Below, in pieces: positions 61,943 through 64,000 of a stretch of 64,000 bases of DNA; the stretch's first letter is position 1, and every line of letters starts with the position of its first letter. The position numbers and the translations under genes are program-made. The notes beneath the pieces were generated by a model that did no database searches, was not told the origin of the DNA, and saw only the letters and a program-made list of their open reading frames with translations. Source of the DNA: Planctomycetota bacterium. GTDB lineage: Bacteria; Planctomycetota; UBA1135; UBA2386. The stretch is taken from the NCBI GenBank assembly GCA_041398565.1, contig JAWKUN010000006.1, forward strand, positions 67,828-131,827, in the 5' to 3' direction.

Positions 61943-62998
61943 ATGGACACTTGGATCGAGACGATGACCGGCCTGAGCCTGCAGTCGCCGGCGCTGCTGC
62001 TGCTGGCGCTGCCGTTCGCAGCGGCCGCGATCTGGCGCTGGCACCGCGGCACTCCGGCCCTGCGCTTCTCGCCGGCGGCGTTCGTTTCGTGGGTCCAGCC
62101 CTACGCGACCGATAGGTCTCCCGACGCGCCCGTCGCACCCAAGACACCGTTGCCGCGCTCGCTGCGTGCTCGCCTTCGCCTCCTGCCGGCGGCGATCCAA
62201 CTCGTCGGGCTGCTTGCCGCGCTGGTGGCACTGGCACGCCCCGTGCAGCGCATACCCCTGCCGTTCGAGTCGCAGGGGATCGACATCGTGCTCTGCCTCG
62301 ACGTCTCGTCGTCGATGGCGGCCAACGACCTCGACCCACGCCACGACCGCCTGGCCGTCGCCAAGGCCGCGGGCGCGCGCTTCGTAGAAGGCCGCGCTGA
62401 CGACCGCATCGGGCTGGTGGCGTTCGCCCGCTACGCCGACCTGCGCTGCCCGCCGACCCTCGACCACCGCGCGCTGCGTCAGATCCTGGCGGAAACGTCG
62501 ATGGTGACCAGTGACAGCCAGGAAGACGCCACAGGCATCGGTGCCGCCCTGGCGCGCGCAGCGCAGGTGCTGGAGCACGGGGTGGCCAAGTCGAAGGTGA
62601 TCGTGCTGCTGACCGACGGCGAAGAGAACGTCGCCACCGCGGAGTCGCCCGACGAGATCGCACCCTTGCACGCCGCGCAGCTGTGCCACGAGCTCGGCGT
62701 GCGCGTGTACGCGATCGCCGCTGGCATCGGCACTCGCACGGCCGGCGGCGACTGGGTGGCCATCGACACCAAGCCGCTCGAGGAAGTGGCCCGCGTCAGC
62801 CAGGGGCGCTTCTTCGCCGCCCGCGACGCCTCGTCGCTGGCCAACGTGTACGCCGAGATCGACCGTCTGGAGCGGGCAGCCCTGGCGCAGCCGCGCACTC
62901 GCGTCGAAGAGCGCTTCTTGCCGTTCCTGACCGCGGGCCTCGGCTTGCTGCTGGCGGCCTGGCTGCTGCGGCGCACGTGGTTCGAGCTCCTGCCGTGA
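61943..62998 (+). CDS. BatA-like VWA domain membrane protein
   Basis: ALARP; GIDIVLCLDVSSSM (MIDAS); DRIGLVAFA; TGIGAALA; LLTDGEEN; C-terminal TM. Confidence 0.92.
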   Translation: MDTWIETMTGLSLQSPALLLLALPFAAAAIWRWHRGTPALRFSPAAFVSWVQPYATDRSPDAPVAPKTPLPRSLRARLRLLPAAIQLVGLLAALVALARPVQRIPLPFESQGIDIVLCLDVSSSMAANDLDPRHDRLAVAKAAGARFVEGRADDRIGLVAFARYADLRCPPTLDHRALRQILAETSMVTSDSQEDATGIGAALARAAQVLEHGVAKSKVIVLLTDGEENVATAESPDEIAPLHAAQLCHELGVRVYAIAAGIGTRTAGGDWVAIDTKPLEEVARVSQGRFFAARDASSLANVYAEIDRLERAALAQPRTRVEERFLPFLTAGLGLLLAAWLLRRTWFELLP

Positions 62999-64000
62999 AC
63001 GTGCTCGACCACTTCGTGCTGCCGCAGGCAGCGCCGTTCCTGCTGGTGCCGGCCCTGCTCTGGTTGGCCGACTGGAGCCTCGAGCGCCGACGCGCGGCGC
63101 GGCGGCGCGGCGCGCTCGGGCCGCGCGCGCCGCGGCTCACCACCGAGGTGAGCCCGCGCCGGCGCCACCTGCGACGCGCCGCGTGGACGGCGGCCCTGGC
63201 CTGCAGCGTCTTGGCGGCGATGCAGCCGCGCTGGGGCGAGGGCGAGCCCATCACCCAGCGCGGCGTCGACATCGTCGTATGCCTCGACTTGTCGCGCTCG
63301 ATGCAGGCGCGCGACCTGCCACCCAACCGCTTGGCCTGCGCTCAGCGCGAGCTGCGAGCGTTGGCCGCCCGCGCCCGCGGTGACCGCCTGGCCCTCGTCG
63401 TGTTCGCCGGCGAAGCGCACACCTACGTGCCGCTCACCCTCGACGTCGACTCGTTCGCCCGCCTCGCCGATCTCGCGCACACCCTGCCGGCCCTGCGCGG
63501 CGGCACCGACCTCGGCCAGGCGCTCGGAGTCGCCAGCCGCACGCTCATCGGCGGCGGCAGCGGCGAAGCCATCGTGGTGCTCACCGACGGCGAGGACCAC
63601 GCCGGGCAAGGCTTGCGCGCGGCACAGGCGTGCGCCGCGCGCGGCATCGTCGTGCACTGCGTCGGCTTCGGGTCCGAGCTGGGCAGCAAGGTGCCGGTCG
63701 GCGAGCCGGGCCACGAGACCTGGCTGCGCGACGGCACGGGCCAGGACGTGGTGAGCGCCATGGACGCGACGAGCCTGCGGCGCTTGACGGCATCAGGCGG
63801 CGGCGAGTTCGCGGTGGCGTCGCCTCAGGGTGGCACGCTCGCCGACCTGTACGACCGACGCATCCGCGCGATGGCACGCAAAGCCGTGGCGGCGGCGCAG
63901 CTGAGCGCGCGGCGCAACCGGTTCCAGTGGCCGCTGCTCGCCGCGATGCTGCTGTGGCTCGCCGAACTGACACTCGGCGAGAGGAGACGGGTTCGGCCGT
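62995..64000 (+). CDS. BatB-like VWA domain protein (stop codon at or just beyond the window edge)
   Basis: Read by hand from GTG at 62995, overlapping the BatA stop: MQPRWG, GVDIVVCLDLSRSM, DRLALVVFAG, VPLTLD, GGTDLGQAL, VLTDGEDH and NRFQWPL. Confidence 0.9.
   Translation, partial: MNVLDHFVLPQAAPFLLVPALLWLADWSLERRRAARRRGALGPRAPRLTTEVSPRRRHLRRAAWTAALACSVLAAMQPRWGEGEPITQRGVDIVVCLDLSRSMQARDLPPNRLACAQRELRALAARARGDRLALVVFAGEAHTYVPLTLDVDSFARLADLAHTLPALRGGTDLGQALGVASRTLIGGGSGEAIVVLTDGEDHAGQGLRAAQACAARGIVVHCVGFGSELGSKVPVGEPGHETWLRDGTGQDVVSAMDATSLRRLTASGGGEFAVASPQGGTLADLYDRRIRAMARKAVAAAQLSARRNRFQWPLLAAMLLWLAELTLGERRRVRP

Overview
High-GC (roughly 70% by eye) bacterial chromosomal window. It is most consistent with a Planctomycetota genome, inferred from ECF sigma/Ser-Thr kinase pairs, kinase-FGE fusions, a Bat-type operon and the typical C-terminal tail on a large secreted protein. 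About 36 genes can be supported. Housekeeping or ordinary blocks lie at about 1-8.3 kb (M14 peptidase, DUF4082 protein, MFS transporter, 3-hydroxyacyl-CoA dehydrogenase) and about 29-64 kb (PFOR, kinase/ECF pair, cation antiporter, chemoreceptor, Nramp, GT-C, acyltransferase, rocD, DUF2339, Bat operon). They flank an accessory block at about 8.6-28.6 kb that encodes mostly secreted proteins. Main observations: (1) A protein at 9745-11493 carries, in order, the motifs of the N-terminal beta-barrel and helical domain of vitellogenin/MTP/apoB-type large lipid transfer proteins (LLTPs). It is divergently paired with a secreted all-beta protein that resembles the missing lipid-cavity sheets, and a second such beta protein lies at 27796. 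This is a candidate split bacterial LLTP system. (2) An exact promoter-like motif, GTGACGGATCG-N15-CTG(A/G), lies upstream of four secreted-protein genes, near an ECF sigma factor with a non-canonical region 2.2. (3) Two tandem Ser/Thr kinase-FGE genes share a nearly identical 1.7 kb 5' half but have divergent sensor halves. (4) A dispersed 79-bp two-hairpin repeat occurs four times, once inside the reading frame of a Ca2+/Na+ antiporter. No rRNA, tRNA, CRISPR array, integrase, transposase or reverse transcriptase was recognised. All family calls come from reading motifs by eye, not from database searches.
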